A stretch of 47,825 bases of DNA from an uncultured Halobacteriales archaeon (lineage in GTDB: Archaea; Halobacteriota; Halobacteria; Halobacteriales; Haloarculaceae). The stretch spans positions 1 through 47,825 of the forward strand of contig CAZOQK010000001.1 in the NCBI GenBank assembly GCA_964581735.1, in the 5' to 3' direction. This document shows, piece by piece, positions 29,502 to 38,860 of this stretch (the first letter of the stretch is position 1; every line of letters begins with the position of its first letter). The position numbers and the translations under genes are program-made. The notes under the pieces were generated by a model. That model searched no databases. It had not been told where the DNA came from and saw nothing but the letters and a program-made list of their open reading frames with translations.

Positions 29502-30116
29502 TCACCCGTCGCAGTCGCAGCCGCCGTCGTGAAGCAGCTCGGACAGTTCGTACTGTGTCTCACAGTCTTCGCAATACACCTGCAGCCGAACGGTGGTATC
29601 GATGGTGCCCGTCGACAGGTCACCGGCCCCGTCCAGGTCATTGAGTGATTGTTCTATCACAGCGTCCAGACGGCTTTGCAGCCGCTGAATCCGCGTCTTG
29701 TGTTTCTCTATTGGGTCTGTTTCCCTACCGGACGGCTTCGTCACGTTGAGTTCGTCGGTCAAATAGGTATGGACAGCCTGGTGTGTCACGAAGTCCGTTT
29801 CCAGTCGGTCGACATCGATACCTGCCCGCTCTAAGCGGTTTCGCTGTTGGGTTCGAACCCCCGCGCTCACGTCGCCGTCGCTCAGGAGCCGGTACGTATT
29901 TGCCGCCTCTCCATCGAGTGGGTCCTCCCCCGCCGCCTCCAAAGCAGCCCTGACTACGGCGATGTTGATGCGTTCGGCAAGTTCGCGTAAACTGAACTCA
30001 GCTCCCGACTCACCGCGCCACATCTGGGGCAGACTGTCGTGTAACTCCGCTAACCCGTACTCGGACAGCACTCTTCCCACCTTGTACCTCTTGTTCGGAC
30101 CAGGGAGTTCTGGCAT
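29502..30116 (-). CDS. rdfA: Rod-determining factor RdfA family protein
   Basis: KVGRVLSEYGL, SLRELAERIN, FVTHQAVHTYL, CEDC...GGCDC; upstream of sph as in Haloferax volcanii rdfA-sph3. Confidence 0.8.
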   Translation of the reverse strand: MPELPGPNKRYKVGRVLSEYGLAELHDSLPQMWRGESGAEFSLRELAERINIAVVRAALEAAGEDPLDGEAANTYRLLSDGDVSAGVRTQQRNRLERAGIDVDRLETDFVTHQAVHTYLTDELNVTKPSGRETDPIEKHKTRIQRLQSRLDAVIEQSLNDLDGAGDLSTGTIDTTVRLQVYCEDCETQYELSELLHDGGCDCDG

Positions 30117-30122
30117 CTACTT

Positions 30123-30142
30123 ATATTGGGCACAACCAATAT
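30123..30142. promoter_or_regulatory. Palindrome over the rdfA promoter/start region
   Basis: ATATTGG-GCACAA-CCAATAT, 6 nt upstream of the ATG. Confidence 0.5.
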
Positions 30143-32196
30143 TTAGCCGTTATGACCGAGTTTAAATATCCTGTCGCGGGCTGGCTCACGTCGAAGGGCC
30201 TGTTGGCCGGAAACCACGATGGTACACCAGAGCAACTCCCTACTACGTCGATTAGATCCGCTCCCCTCATTAGGTTGGCGTGCAGCACCCTCGCGAGCTC
30301 ATGCTCTGTCTGGCGGCTCTTTTTACCAAAGTGGGTAACAAGCATGTTGAATAGGTAATATTTGAGTGGCTGCCTGGATATACTTTATTTCATACAGGAT
30401 CTTGTCTGTCATATTCAAAGTACTCTCCGGTGCAGAGCTGGGAGCCGGTGCGGGCCGTCCCAATATTTTAAACAAAACGATAAATTCTGTCAAAGAAGGA
30501 GTTAACAATGTGAGTGGATAGTATTCAACACAAGTGTCGAAGTGATGAGGCAGATCCCCGGAAGCGGGTTTCGGTACAAAGATTTTTAATTAGCGGCGCT
30601 AATTCATCCAGTAACGTTCGGTAACGGAACCAAATTTTGTCATTAAAATAAGAACTGTTACCAGCGCCGCGCCGCAACCTATCGTTGCTTTATTCAATTG
30701 TCGACGGTACTATTTACATTTAATCTGTACTTTATATCTTATTCGTTGTAATGTTTGCATACACACAACGAAGCGGTTGTGTAATTTATATGTGAATAAC
30801 TAGATGCTGCAATTACAACTATTATCGATAACTACGTTGCCAACCGCACTCTCAAGCTACAGCTATGTTGTGATTCGCCAGTAGCAACCGTGGTCACCTG
30901 TGCATCCAGCACCGCGGTATATTTGACTGCACTAACTACAAACCGGGCGGTAGCCATTACAAAGGTATCAGTGTGAAGACCTGCCTTTGCTGGCGTTTCG
31001 ACCGGCAGCGACCGGATCCGTTCGATTTGCGAGCAGGCTGAGTGCACGGAGCCTTGTTCAGTAGGTTCCGGGCCGTGGGCGGCAGAGTGTTCCCTCTGGA
31101 CCCCACCAGCTCTACCCGAGCACTTCGGGTAGTACTCTACCACTGCTGGATGCAGGCGTTGTGTATAGTGATATATGATATACGCGCTACCACACGCGGC
31201 TTATTGTGAGTTTTTGAATTGCATGTTACTTGGATCACCACCTCCGCCAGAACATAGTGACGGCTGTCATTCCTGATGAAACGAAGAGGCTCACAACCCG
31301 GCCTGGTTACAATCACATACTGGGGAAAGCGGTCTACAGCTGGTGCCGACCCAGGTGCTACGGTATGAATCCAGGAGTGCCGATCCACCCGGGCGAGAAC
31401 TGAAAGGCGTCAATGCGGAGTGGACTAATATGAATTCTCATCAGAGTGCATTCGGTAAGGTAGTATGCAGAAAGCTCATTGCTGGAGTGCGTACTCACAC
31501 AACCCGCAGGGACCTCTTCGTAGCCGTCGGTCCCGTATGAGGGCGTGAGTCCCGCGCTCAACCCGCTAACACTGCGGGTGCTTCCTACATAGTTGCACAG
31601 AATAGGTGAGTCCGTCCAAAGAAAGGATCGGTGTGCATTCGACAGCACAGTGCCGACGGATGTACAGACTGTCCAATGTGGAACGGAGCTGGTATTATCA
31701 CGCTCACATCTGCGGACAGCCTGGGTATACGCTTGCCACACCAAGGACTGGCGCTTAGTAGCGGCGAACACCCGCTTCGGTACAGTATCGCTCTGTGAAC
31801 TCGGTCTTTCATGATCCCGGAGCCGGGGCCCCGATACCCGGCGACTAGTCGACTGGTGTCACATAGTAAGTAACTCCGCTGTCCACGTTGTAGATCTTCC
31901 CTGCCCATGATAGTAGTTCACACATAGCTGCAGTCGCAGCCTCATTTGTCGTCGCTGGCTTCAGTGACCTCGAAATCGACGTTCCTCTTCCTGTCCTACA
32001 TTGACCTCCGCCTACATCTGTACCGCTCGGTGGTGTAGACGAGCTAGCTCTTCTGGCTGAACACAGGCAGTATATAAAAGCTCAGTCTATGCCTGTCCTC
32101 CTACCTTGATTCTGGGGTTTACGTTACCGTGACGCTCCCTCGCTATAACTCGCCAATGGTCGTGTTTGGAACCACCCTCAAAGCCGGGCATGCATA

Positions 32197-32307
32197 TTCA
32201 CATATACATGCTGTATTTGGCTATGTAAATTCGGTCGTTGCGGGAATCACGGTACATCAGCCCCGATAGCGAGTTCACATATCCAAATAAGGGCATTTAG
32301 CTGTGAG
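32197..32307. repeat. Imperfect ~34-bp inverted repeat pair upstream of the RHH/integrase operon
   Basis: 32197-32229 reverse-complemented (TTTACATAGCCAAATAC-AGCATGTATATGTGAA) aligns with 32274-32307 (TTCACATATCCAAATAAGGGCATTTAGCTGTGAG). Confidence 0.65.
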
Positions 32308-32349
32308 TGTGGGGTTACTTTGATATGGGTGGGCTCCGAGGTGTGCGTA

Positions 32350-32772
32350 ATGGCAACAGATTCGAGTGAGTCCAGACGGGTGTCGGTGCAGACGTATCTC
32401 CCGGAGTACCAGCGCGAGAAATGGGACGCACATGCGGACGAATTAGACATGAGCCGCAGCGAGTTCGTGAAGGCGATGGTCCAAGCCGGGCGCTGCGGGT
32501 TCGACGGGGAATCGAGGCCCTCAACCGGAACGGACCCAGACGAGGTGCCTACCGAAGACAGTTCACAATCGGGTACACCTGCGTCTGCAGGGGGTTTAGA
32601 GAACACGGTCATTGAGGCGCTGGACCGCAAGGAGCACCTCTCGTGGGACGAACTACTCGCGGCAGTAACTGATGACATAGAGGCACGATTGGAAAACACG
32701 TTACAAAAGCTTCAGTCGGAAGATACGGTCCGATATAGTGGGCGCCACGGGGGATACACGCTTGACTCATGA
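32350..32772 (+). CDS. DUF5805-like protein with N-terminal ribbon-helix-helix-like region
   Basis: VSVQTYLPEYQREKW...DMSRSEFVKAMVQAG; ATGA overlap with the recombinase. Confidence 0.75.
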   Translation: MATDSSESRRVSVQTYLPEYQREKWDAHADELDMSRSEFVKAMVQAGRCGFDGESRPSTGTDPDEVPTEDSSQSGTPASAGGLENTVIEALDRKEHLSWDELLAAVTDDIEARLENTLQKLQSEDTVRYSGRHGGYTLDS

Positions 32773-33794
32773 GCAGTGACGCCGGCAGCCAGACACGCGA
32801 ACAGGACCCAGTGGAGTATTTCCTGGAAGATATAACCTACCAGGGAAAGAAAGAACGGACGCGAACCGCCTACGAACGTGTGCTCACCGACTTCAAGTCG
32901 TATTTAGAGTCACGGGAGTTGGATTTCAAGAGCGCAAATCATCGGGACTGTATGGCCTACGTCCACCGCCTACGTGGCTCGGTCGCGGGCAGCACCGTCG
33001 CCACATACGCCTCGTATCTCCACCGCTTCTACGATTACATGATCCAGGTCGGGCGCTTCGAGGAGAATCCGATGTCGCTCGTCCTCGAAGAGATGGACGA
33101 ATCGATCAACACCGACCCAGCGCGGCGAGACATCTCCGTCGTGGAAATGCGGGATTTCTTCGCTACAGTCACACATCCACTCGACGAGGCCGTCATCGGA
33201 ACGTTGCTCAAGACCGGTATGCGGGCGGGTGAGCTGTGTAACCTGGATATGAGGGATCTCAAACTCACCGCCGCCCCAGTCGACATCGACCACCGGGCGA
33301 CACTTGACGGCCGTGGCGACGCCGTCTACGTGGATTCTGCGCCGTCAATGGGGGAGGCGTACAACGGACAGGAGCGTACCGCGTCGAACAAGCGCAAACG
33401 CGCGACTACCGTCCCGGTCGACAAGGAACTGGGGTACCTGTTGTGTCGCTGGCTTGCGGTTCGCCCGGATGCACGGTCAGTGGCAGACCCGCTCTTTCTC
33501 TCGACTATGGACGGCTGGGGCAAGCGTCTCACCCCGGATATGGTTCACCACCTCGTCGAATCACAAGCCAGAGGGGCCGGCTGGTATCGCGTCGGTGGCG
33601 GGCCCGAAGAGAACGTCACCCCCCACTACTTCCGGCACTTTTTTACGACCCACCTCCGTGGCCGGACGGGGGACCGGGGTATCGTCAAATATCTCCGGGG
33701 TGACGTGGCGAAAGACGTCATCGACACATACACTCACGACTGGGGGAACCGTGTGCGTGATGTGTACATCGAGAATATCTATTCGCTGCTCTAA
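32769..33794 (+). CDS. Tyrosine recombinase/integrase (XerA/C-like, haloarchaeal type)
   Basis: TGMRAGE (Arg), NKRK, TPHYFRH (HxxR), LRGD, DTYTH (Tyr). Confidence 0.92.
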   Translation: MSSDAGSQTREQDPVEYFLEDITYQGKKERTRTAYERVLTDFKSYLESRELDFKSANHRDCMAYVHRLRGSVAGSTVATYASYLHRFYDYMIQVGRFEENPMSLVLEEMDESINTDPARRDISVVEMRDFFATVTHPLDEAVIGTLLKTGMRAGELCNLDMRDLKLTAAPVDIDHRATLDGRGDAVYVDSAPSMGEAYNGQERTASNKRKRATTVPVDKELGYLLCRWLAVRPDARSVADPLFLSTMDGWGKRLTPDMVHHLVESQARGAGWYRVGGGPEENVTPHYFRHFFTTHLRGRTGDRGIVKYLRGDVAKDVIDTYTHDWGNRVRDVYIENIYSLL

Positions 33795-33883
33795 CATTCT
33801 GTCGCTTCTGTTCCGATAGTAAACGGAGGTGCGGTCGCACGTGATAAACCTTATGCCGCTATATCAAGGAACACCGCGACTGT

Positions 33884-34389
33884 GAGCACGAACTCGGAAG
33901 GCTGGAGAAACCCGACGAGTTCATCGAATCGATTCGGGAGACCAAGGCAGTGGAAGCATCACACAAGGCTCAACCGGCGACCCGTTCGCTGAGGAGCCCG
34001 AGACCGAGTCGGCCAGTGACGAAGACACTGCAGAGCCAGCAGAACGCGGAACATAAGACAGCGCCACGAACCAGGAATCCGGAGACGCAGCCGGCCAGTC
34101 GGAGACTCAGCGGCGATTGCTGCCATACATTCACTCCCGAGACGGCATGGAGGACGGGCGGACCCAGCGCCCGGTCTTTCCGGGACTACGTCGAGGACGG
34201 AATCGACGACCTCGTCGGCCAGATGAAAAAAAGGGTTCGGGGAGACAGTGTAGAAAAGCCCACGTGACGGAGGCTGCGATGGTCATCGCCGAGGAAAACA
34301 TGGAACCGATCCGCTCTACGCCCGATGAGTGGGGGTACGGCTGGGACGAGCCGACAGCCGGGGACGGACAGGTCACCGCCCGAAACTAG
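33884..34389 (+). pseudogene. Probable relic of a parA 3' end plus downstream partner gene
   Basis: Mutated start ATC 33958 (TQGSTGDPFAEE), TAA 34054, frameshifts; reconstructs LPYIHSRDG..RTQRPVF/RDYVEDGIDDLV../KAHVTEAAMVIA..EWGYGW. The parA link is recalled, not searched. Confidence 0.55.
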
Positions 34390-34396
34390 CAGGCGC

Positions 34397-34798
34397 TCAA
34401 GAAAGAACGCTATCCGTAAGCCAGCAGTCATCAAGTGGCTCCTCTCTACAGATCGAAAGCTCGAATCGGTAGGTAACTGTCCGGCCATCTGGGCCAGTGA
34501 GAGTCACGGATTGCTCGGCTCGGTCGCCGGTTCGCTCGATAGGCCTGGCTTCCGCATCGACGTGATCAATCATCGGCGCGTACAACGGTCCGGTGACCAT
34601 ATCGACGAACTGATCGAGCGGTCCAGTCGCACGACGGTTAGCCGGCGAGGCGAAGTTGTATGCAGTTTTGATACCGGCGTTTTCAACCGGGGTGTCATTG
34701 TCGGCAAGTGCCTCAAGCTGTATCTTGATAACTTCTCCAGGCCTGTACTCGGGGCTGGGCGTCCGCAGACCATCGATGGGGTAATCGGAGTATGGCAT
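34397..34798 (-). CDS. DUF4864-like protein (alternative start 34810)
   Basis: VIKIQLEALADND...AYNFASP.NR...F..MV...Y.PM...W.TDSV pattern. Confidence 0.7.
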   Translation of the reverse strand: MPYSDYPIDGLRTPSPEYRPGEVIKIQLEALADNDTPVENAGIKTAYNFASPANRRATGPLDQFVDMVTGPLYAPMIDHVDAEARPIERTGDRAEQSVTLTGPDGRTVTYRFELSICREEPLDDCWLTDSVLS

Positions 34799-34911
34799 TG
34801 GGTGGATCAATCATCTATGTATACGGAGCGGAATAAAATCAGTCGTTCGTTTTCGTATGGTAACGACCATTCGTCTTCAAAGCCCAGTCCTCGCCGTCGA
34901 ACACCAACGTC

Positions 34912-35934
34912 TTAAATAGTGTCGACCACCGTTTGAAGCGTGTCGACTGAGAGATTTCGACCGGTAACGGGAATACCGACCGTCTGTCCGGCGAGTCGCT
35001 CACCGTACTGGAGTGCGGCTGCAACACCGGTCGCACACGCTCCCTCCATCAACACGTGGGCTTCCGTGAGCATCTTCCGGAGTGCGTGACGGATAGCGTT
35101 GTCCTCCACGAGCAGAAAGTCGTCGAGTCGGCGCTGGAGGATGCCAGCGGTCAATGCGAACGGGACCTGTGTGGCGAGACCCTCGGCAACCGTCTCTGTT
35201 CGCTCGTGTGGTGTCAGGGTACCATTCTGCCAGGCGCGGTACATCGCGGGGGTACCGGCGGCCTGGGCCCCAATCACATCCGCATCGGCAACCTCCCCGA
35301 CGGTCAGGCAGTAGCCAGCTGCGCTTGTGCCGACACCGACAGGCGAAAAAATCACGTCGATATCGGGGAGCTCCGACACGATTTCTAAGCCGGCAGTCCC
35401 GACGCCCTTGATCAATGCCGGTTCGTTCGCCGAGTGTACGTACCGGTACCCCTTTTGGGTGGCCAGTCGCTCGGCGTGTTCACGGGCCTCGTCGTAGGAG
35501 TGTCCGTGTTGTCTGACCTCTGCTCCGAGTTGCTCAATCGAGTTGACCTTCTCCGGATTGGCGTCGTCCGCCACACAGATGACGACCGGGACATCAAACA
35601 GGCGGCCAGCATATGCGAGCGACTTACCGTGGTTCCCGGTACTGGCAGCGATCAGCCCGGTGTCGCGAAATTGCTCTGCCAACTCTGCGAGGAGCGTCAC
35701 TCCGCCCCGGATTTTGAACGCCCCCGTCGGAAGCACGTCCTCACGTTTCAGATACACATCCGCATCGAGTTCTGTGGACAGCCAGTCACAGTACACCAGC
35801 GGAGTCTCAGGCAGGTACTCGGCGATAACCGTTCGTGCGCTGTAGATGTCGACAGTCGTTGGCGGCGTCAGGCTATGATAGGGAAACAGAGTGGAATCGT
35901 CTGGCGATTCCACTGGCTCGTACCGGGGGCACAT
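34912..35934 (-). CDS. PLP-dependent threonine/serine dehydratase family
   Basis: LKREDVLPTGAFKIRG, ASTGNHG, PVGVG, TGRN; no C-terminal ACT domain. Confidence 0.9.
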   Translation of the reverse strand: MCPRYEPVESPDDSTLFPYHSLTPPTTVDIYSARTVIAEYLPETPLVYCDWLSTELDADVYLKREDVLPTGAFKIRGGVTLLAELAEQFRDTGLIAASTGNHGKSLAYAGRLFDVPVVICVADDANPEKVNSIEQLGAEVRQHGHSYDEAREHAERLATQKGYRYVHSANEPALIKGVGTAGLEIVSELPDIDVIFSPVGVGTSAAGYCLTVGEVADADVIGAQAAGTPAMYRAWQNGTLTPHERTETVAEGLATQVPFALTAGILQRRLDDFLLVEDNAIRHALRKMLTEAHVLMEGACATGVAAALQYGERLAGQTVGIPVTGRNLSVDTLQTVVDTI

Positions 35935-36010
35935 AGCCTACAGTTGTCGGCAACTGCATATAAATGCTGGTACGGCCGATGGCCACACCGGAGACAATGC
36001 CGATGCGTAC

Positions 36011-37300
36011 TCACGAACGGGGTACGTCGAACTCCCGGACAACCCAGTCCGGCGTCGCCACTGTCGTCGTGTTGAAGCGGTCGTAGTGGATATCGAACTG
36101 CTGGTTGACTGGCGGTGTCACCTGTCTCGTACTATGTGTGGTCAGGTTTCTGATGAGCCCATCCGACCGGACGAACGCCCGAACGGTGTAGTTCCCAATC
36201 CCCCGGCTCGCCCCCAGGGGCTCGCCGTGCCCGACGAGACGATACGTCGGCCGTGTCTCACCGGCAGCGACACTCACGTTCATCTCTGGCGTCGACAGGT
36301 ACGACGCTGCGAGACGATCCCGAAGAACGGTCGGTTCGGGAACTGCTACGGGTGGTTGCTGGAAGCCGGGGACTTGGCGATACTCGACGCTCCCCTCCGC
36401 TCGCTCGGCGACATACCAGTCCTGTCCATCGTGGTAGACGCGCACATCAGGTCGTCCCGTTTCCGTACCGTTGTCCTCCACCGACCGGACAGTCGTTTCT
36501 AACAGATACCGACCGTCCGCACCAACACTGAAATCCATATTTCGGTGGACCCGCTCGGCACCGGGCCGACCACTACGAGGCCAGAACAGGTCCACCCGCA
36601 TCGTGTACGAACGGTTCCCGATGGCACGACTGTGGGCCTCGTCTAACTGTGAGGTATCTTCGATGCCTCCGAGGCCAACCCCTGGTGGGAAAGTGGACCC
36701 AGCCCGGTTTCCGGCCTGGCCGACCCGTGACTGGCTACTGGCCGTGTTGGTCGCGCCGTTCGGGTCGGTCGATGTGGCGCCACCCACCCCCACAGACCCA
36801 CCACTGTCGCCGCCGCCAGCCCCGAGATCAAACACCCCGAAGACCGAGACTGCGAGAAGTACACAGAGCGAAATACCGACGACGGCCAGCGCTGGACGTG
36901 CAGTGCGCAAAAGACGACCGCGAACTCTGCGCTGCCAGGGGACTTCCAGCGCAGGCGGTGGTGCTCCAAAATATCGCTCACAAATATCATCGCGCCGGTC
37001 CACAGAGAGCCCGTACCTGATGAGTTCCGCGAGGTCGTCCGCGTCGATGACTCGTGTGTTACCACTGTCGGCACCGCCCGGCTGAACGAGGATATCGGCA
37101 GATGTCGCCTCGATGTGTGCTCCACCGTCGGCCCCAGCGATCTGTATCTTGCTGACCCCATCGTTCCGTGCAACGACCGTGTTCCCGCGTCGCTTGGTCT
37201 GGTAGCCTCTGGCCGCCCAGATGTCCGCAACCAGCGCCGTCAGCGTGTCCGTGCTGAGTTGTCTGAGGTGTACAGACAGCGCGTCGGGGTGGTTGGTCAC
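36011..37300 (-). CDS. Membrane-anchored hypothetical protein with a degenerate Mrr-like N-terminus
   Basis: LVADIWAARGYQT N-terminal pattern, single TM (VVGISLCVLLAVSVFGVF), Gly/Ser/Thr linker, LDEAH..I..RSYT external domain. Confidence 0.6.
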   Translation of the reverse strand: MTNHPDALSVHLRQLSTDTLTALVADIWAARGYQTKRRGNTVVARNDGVSKIQIAGADGGAHIEATSADILVQPGGADSGNTRVIDADDLAELIRYGLSVDRRDDICERYFGAPPPALEVPWQRRVRGRLLRTARPALAVVGISLCVLLAVSVFGVFDLGAGGGDSGGSVGVGGATSTDPNGATNTASSQSRVGQAGNRAGSTFPPGVGLGGIEDTSQLDEAHSRAIGNRSYTMRVDLFWPRSGRPGAERVHRNMDFSVGADGRYLLETTVRSVEDNGTETGRPDVRVYHDGQDWYVAERAEGSVEYRQVPGFQQPPVAVPEPTVLRDRLAASYLSTPEMNVSVAAGETRPTYRLVGHGEPLGASRGIGNYTVRAFVRSDGLIRNLTTHSTRQVTPPVNQQFDIHYDRFNTTTVATPDWVVREFDVPRS

Positions 37301-37638
37301 AGCGCCACGTTTCGGCCGAAACCACTTATTTGTTCTCTGGCCGTCCGGTAATTCGGTGGCGCAACGAGGGTCGCCTCGAACGCATCATATGGTGTCTGTT
37401 AAATGGTGCGTTCCGACAGTGGGAACCGCGCCGGACAGTGGTGCCCGAACCGGCGATTGTTTTCCCCATGTTGGGGACGGATTGACGGGCAATTTTTCAC
37501 ACTGTGTGGACAACAAGGCGGTAGAAAATGTCGGTCGTAGCCGGCTGACAAAGCGAGTGTGCCGACGGAGCGAAAAAGGTCAGGCAACGCGGAGTCGACA
37601 GTGCAGTGGGCGTGGTGGTCGGCGCTGTGTCGGGTGTC

Positions 37639-38715
37639 TCAGTGAGCGTTTATATTAGAGATTTCGGAGGCGACGCTGGGGAGTACGTCCTCGGAGATAT
37701 CGTCGACGTGCTGTATCGCCTGGATGGCTGACCACCACGACATCGAGACGCCGCTGCCGCCGTGACCGTAGTTGTGGACGACGCCGTCCGCTTTCTCGAT
37801 TCGCATTCCGTCGGCCCTGTACGGGCGGTAGCCGTACTTTGTGGACACCTTGTCGGGCGAGATGTCCACGTACTCGCTCATAATGTCCTCCGTGACTGTG
37901 TATAGCCGCTCTGGAATCGTCACGCCATCGACGGTCATAGGCTTGGTCGGTGACTCGCCGTGCCATTCGCCGTCGTCGATGTCGCCCTCCAGATACGACC
38001 CGCCGAACAGCACTGTCTCCTTTCGCGGGTACATGTACGCGTAGTGCCCGTACTCCGACGGCGTGTATGTGTACGAGAACGGGAGTGGTTCATCGCCATC
38101 GTAGGGGACCCGCAGGATGTGTCCCTTGATGGCCTTCATTGACTCGTCACCGAACAGTGCCCGGCTGCCGTAGCCAGAGCAGTTGAACACCGTGTCCCCG
38201 TCCAGTTCGGCTACCTCGTCCGGTTGGACAGTCCGCTGTTCGGTGTCACCGCCCAACTGCTTGTACGTCTCGTACAGCAGCGGGATGTACTCCGGCATCT
38301 CCACGAAGTATTCCTTGCAGACGTACCCGTCCCGCACCTCCTTGCCGGCCCGTGACGGGAGGTCGCCGTCGTATGATGTCGCGTCCTCTACCTCCATGCG
38401 CGCCGGGTTTTCGAGGTCCTGTGGGTCCTCGTAGAGATAGTAATGTGTGTGTTTTCGTACTGGGACCCCGTCGGTCTTGTAGAACGGCTCGAACGTCGCT
38501 TCCGCGCGTGCGATGAGTTCGTCCTCAGTGTACTCCGAGGCGATCTGGACCGGGTATATCGAGGCGGCAGCGTAATCTGTCGACACCGTCGGGGTGTCGG
38601 CGCCATTCCGATACGAGAACGACTCTGCCACCATTTCCGTGTCGTGGCCCTGGTATTGCAACAGAATGCCGGTAGCTAATGCTTGAACACCGCCACCGAT
38701 AATCGTACACTGCAT
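37639..38715 (-). CDS. FAD-dependent D-amino acid oxidase family protein
   Basis: IIGGGV, FNCSGYGSRAL, IKGH, GYRPYR, HNYGHGGSGVSMSW. Confidence 0.85.
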   Translation of the reverse strand: MQCTIIGGGVQALATGILLQYQGHDTEMVAESFSYRNGADTPTVSTDYAAASIYPVQIASEYTEDELIARAEATFEPFYKTDGVPVRKHTHYYLYEDPQDLENPARMEVEDATSYDGDLPSRAGKEVRDGYVCKEYFVEMPEYIPLLYETYKQLGGDTEQRTVQPDEVAELDGDTVFNCSGYGSRALFGDESMKAIKGHILRVPYDGDEPLPFSYTYTPSEYGHYAYMYPRKETVLFGGSYLEGDIDDGEWHGESPTKPMTVDGVTIPERLYTVTEDIMSEYVDISPDKVSTKYGYRPYRADGMRIEKADGVVHNYGHGGSGVSMSWWSAIQAIQHVDDISEDVLPSVASEISNINAH

Positions 38716-38860
38716 GTATCACGGGATTTTCGCTACAATATTAAGTATTCCGTGTCGAACGTGCCACAATTTTCCCCAGGACGGAGAACTGATGCCGAAA
38801 GGTGTGGATAGTCCGATCAGTTCTATGAGAGCGTCTCCAAGCCCCATGAGCGGCCTAGTC

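Noticed and set aside
30541..30600. C/D-box sRNA (GTGATGA) or ORB-like element (reverse strand ACCGAAAC...GGGG)
   Set aside because: No D box at a suitable distance; single weak ORB match and no orc1/cdc6 gene in the window
31273..31290. Hammerhead ribozyme core CTGATGA (also near 25233)
   Set aside because: No stem II followed by GAAA in the required arrangement
30117..32349. CRISPR array or small ORFs in the long intergenic region
   Set aside because: No regularly spaced direct repeats; the ORFs lack acidic bias and motifs
32769..34400. Provirus or tRNA-targeted island
   Set aside because: No tRNA, direct-repeat att pair or viral genes visible
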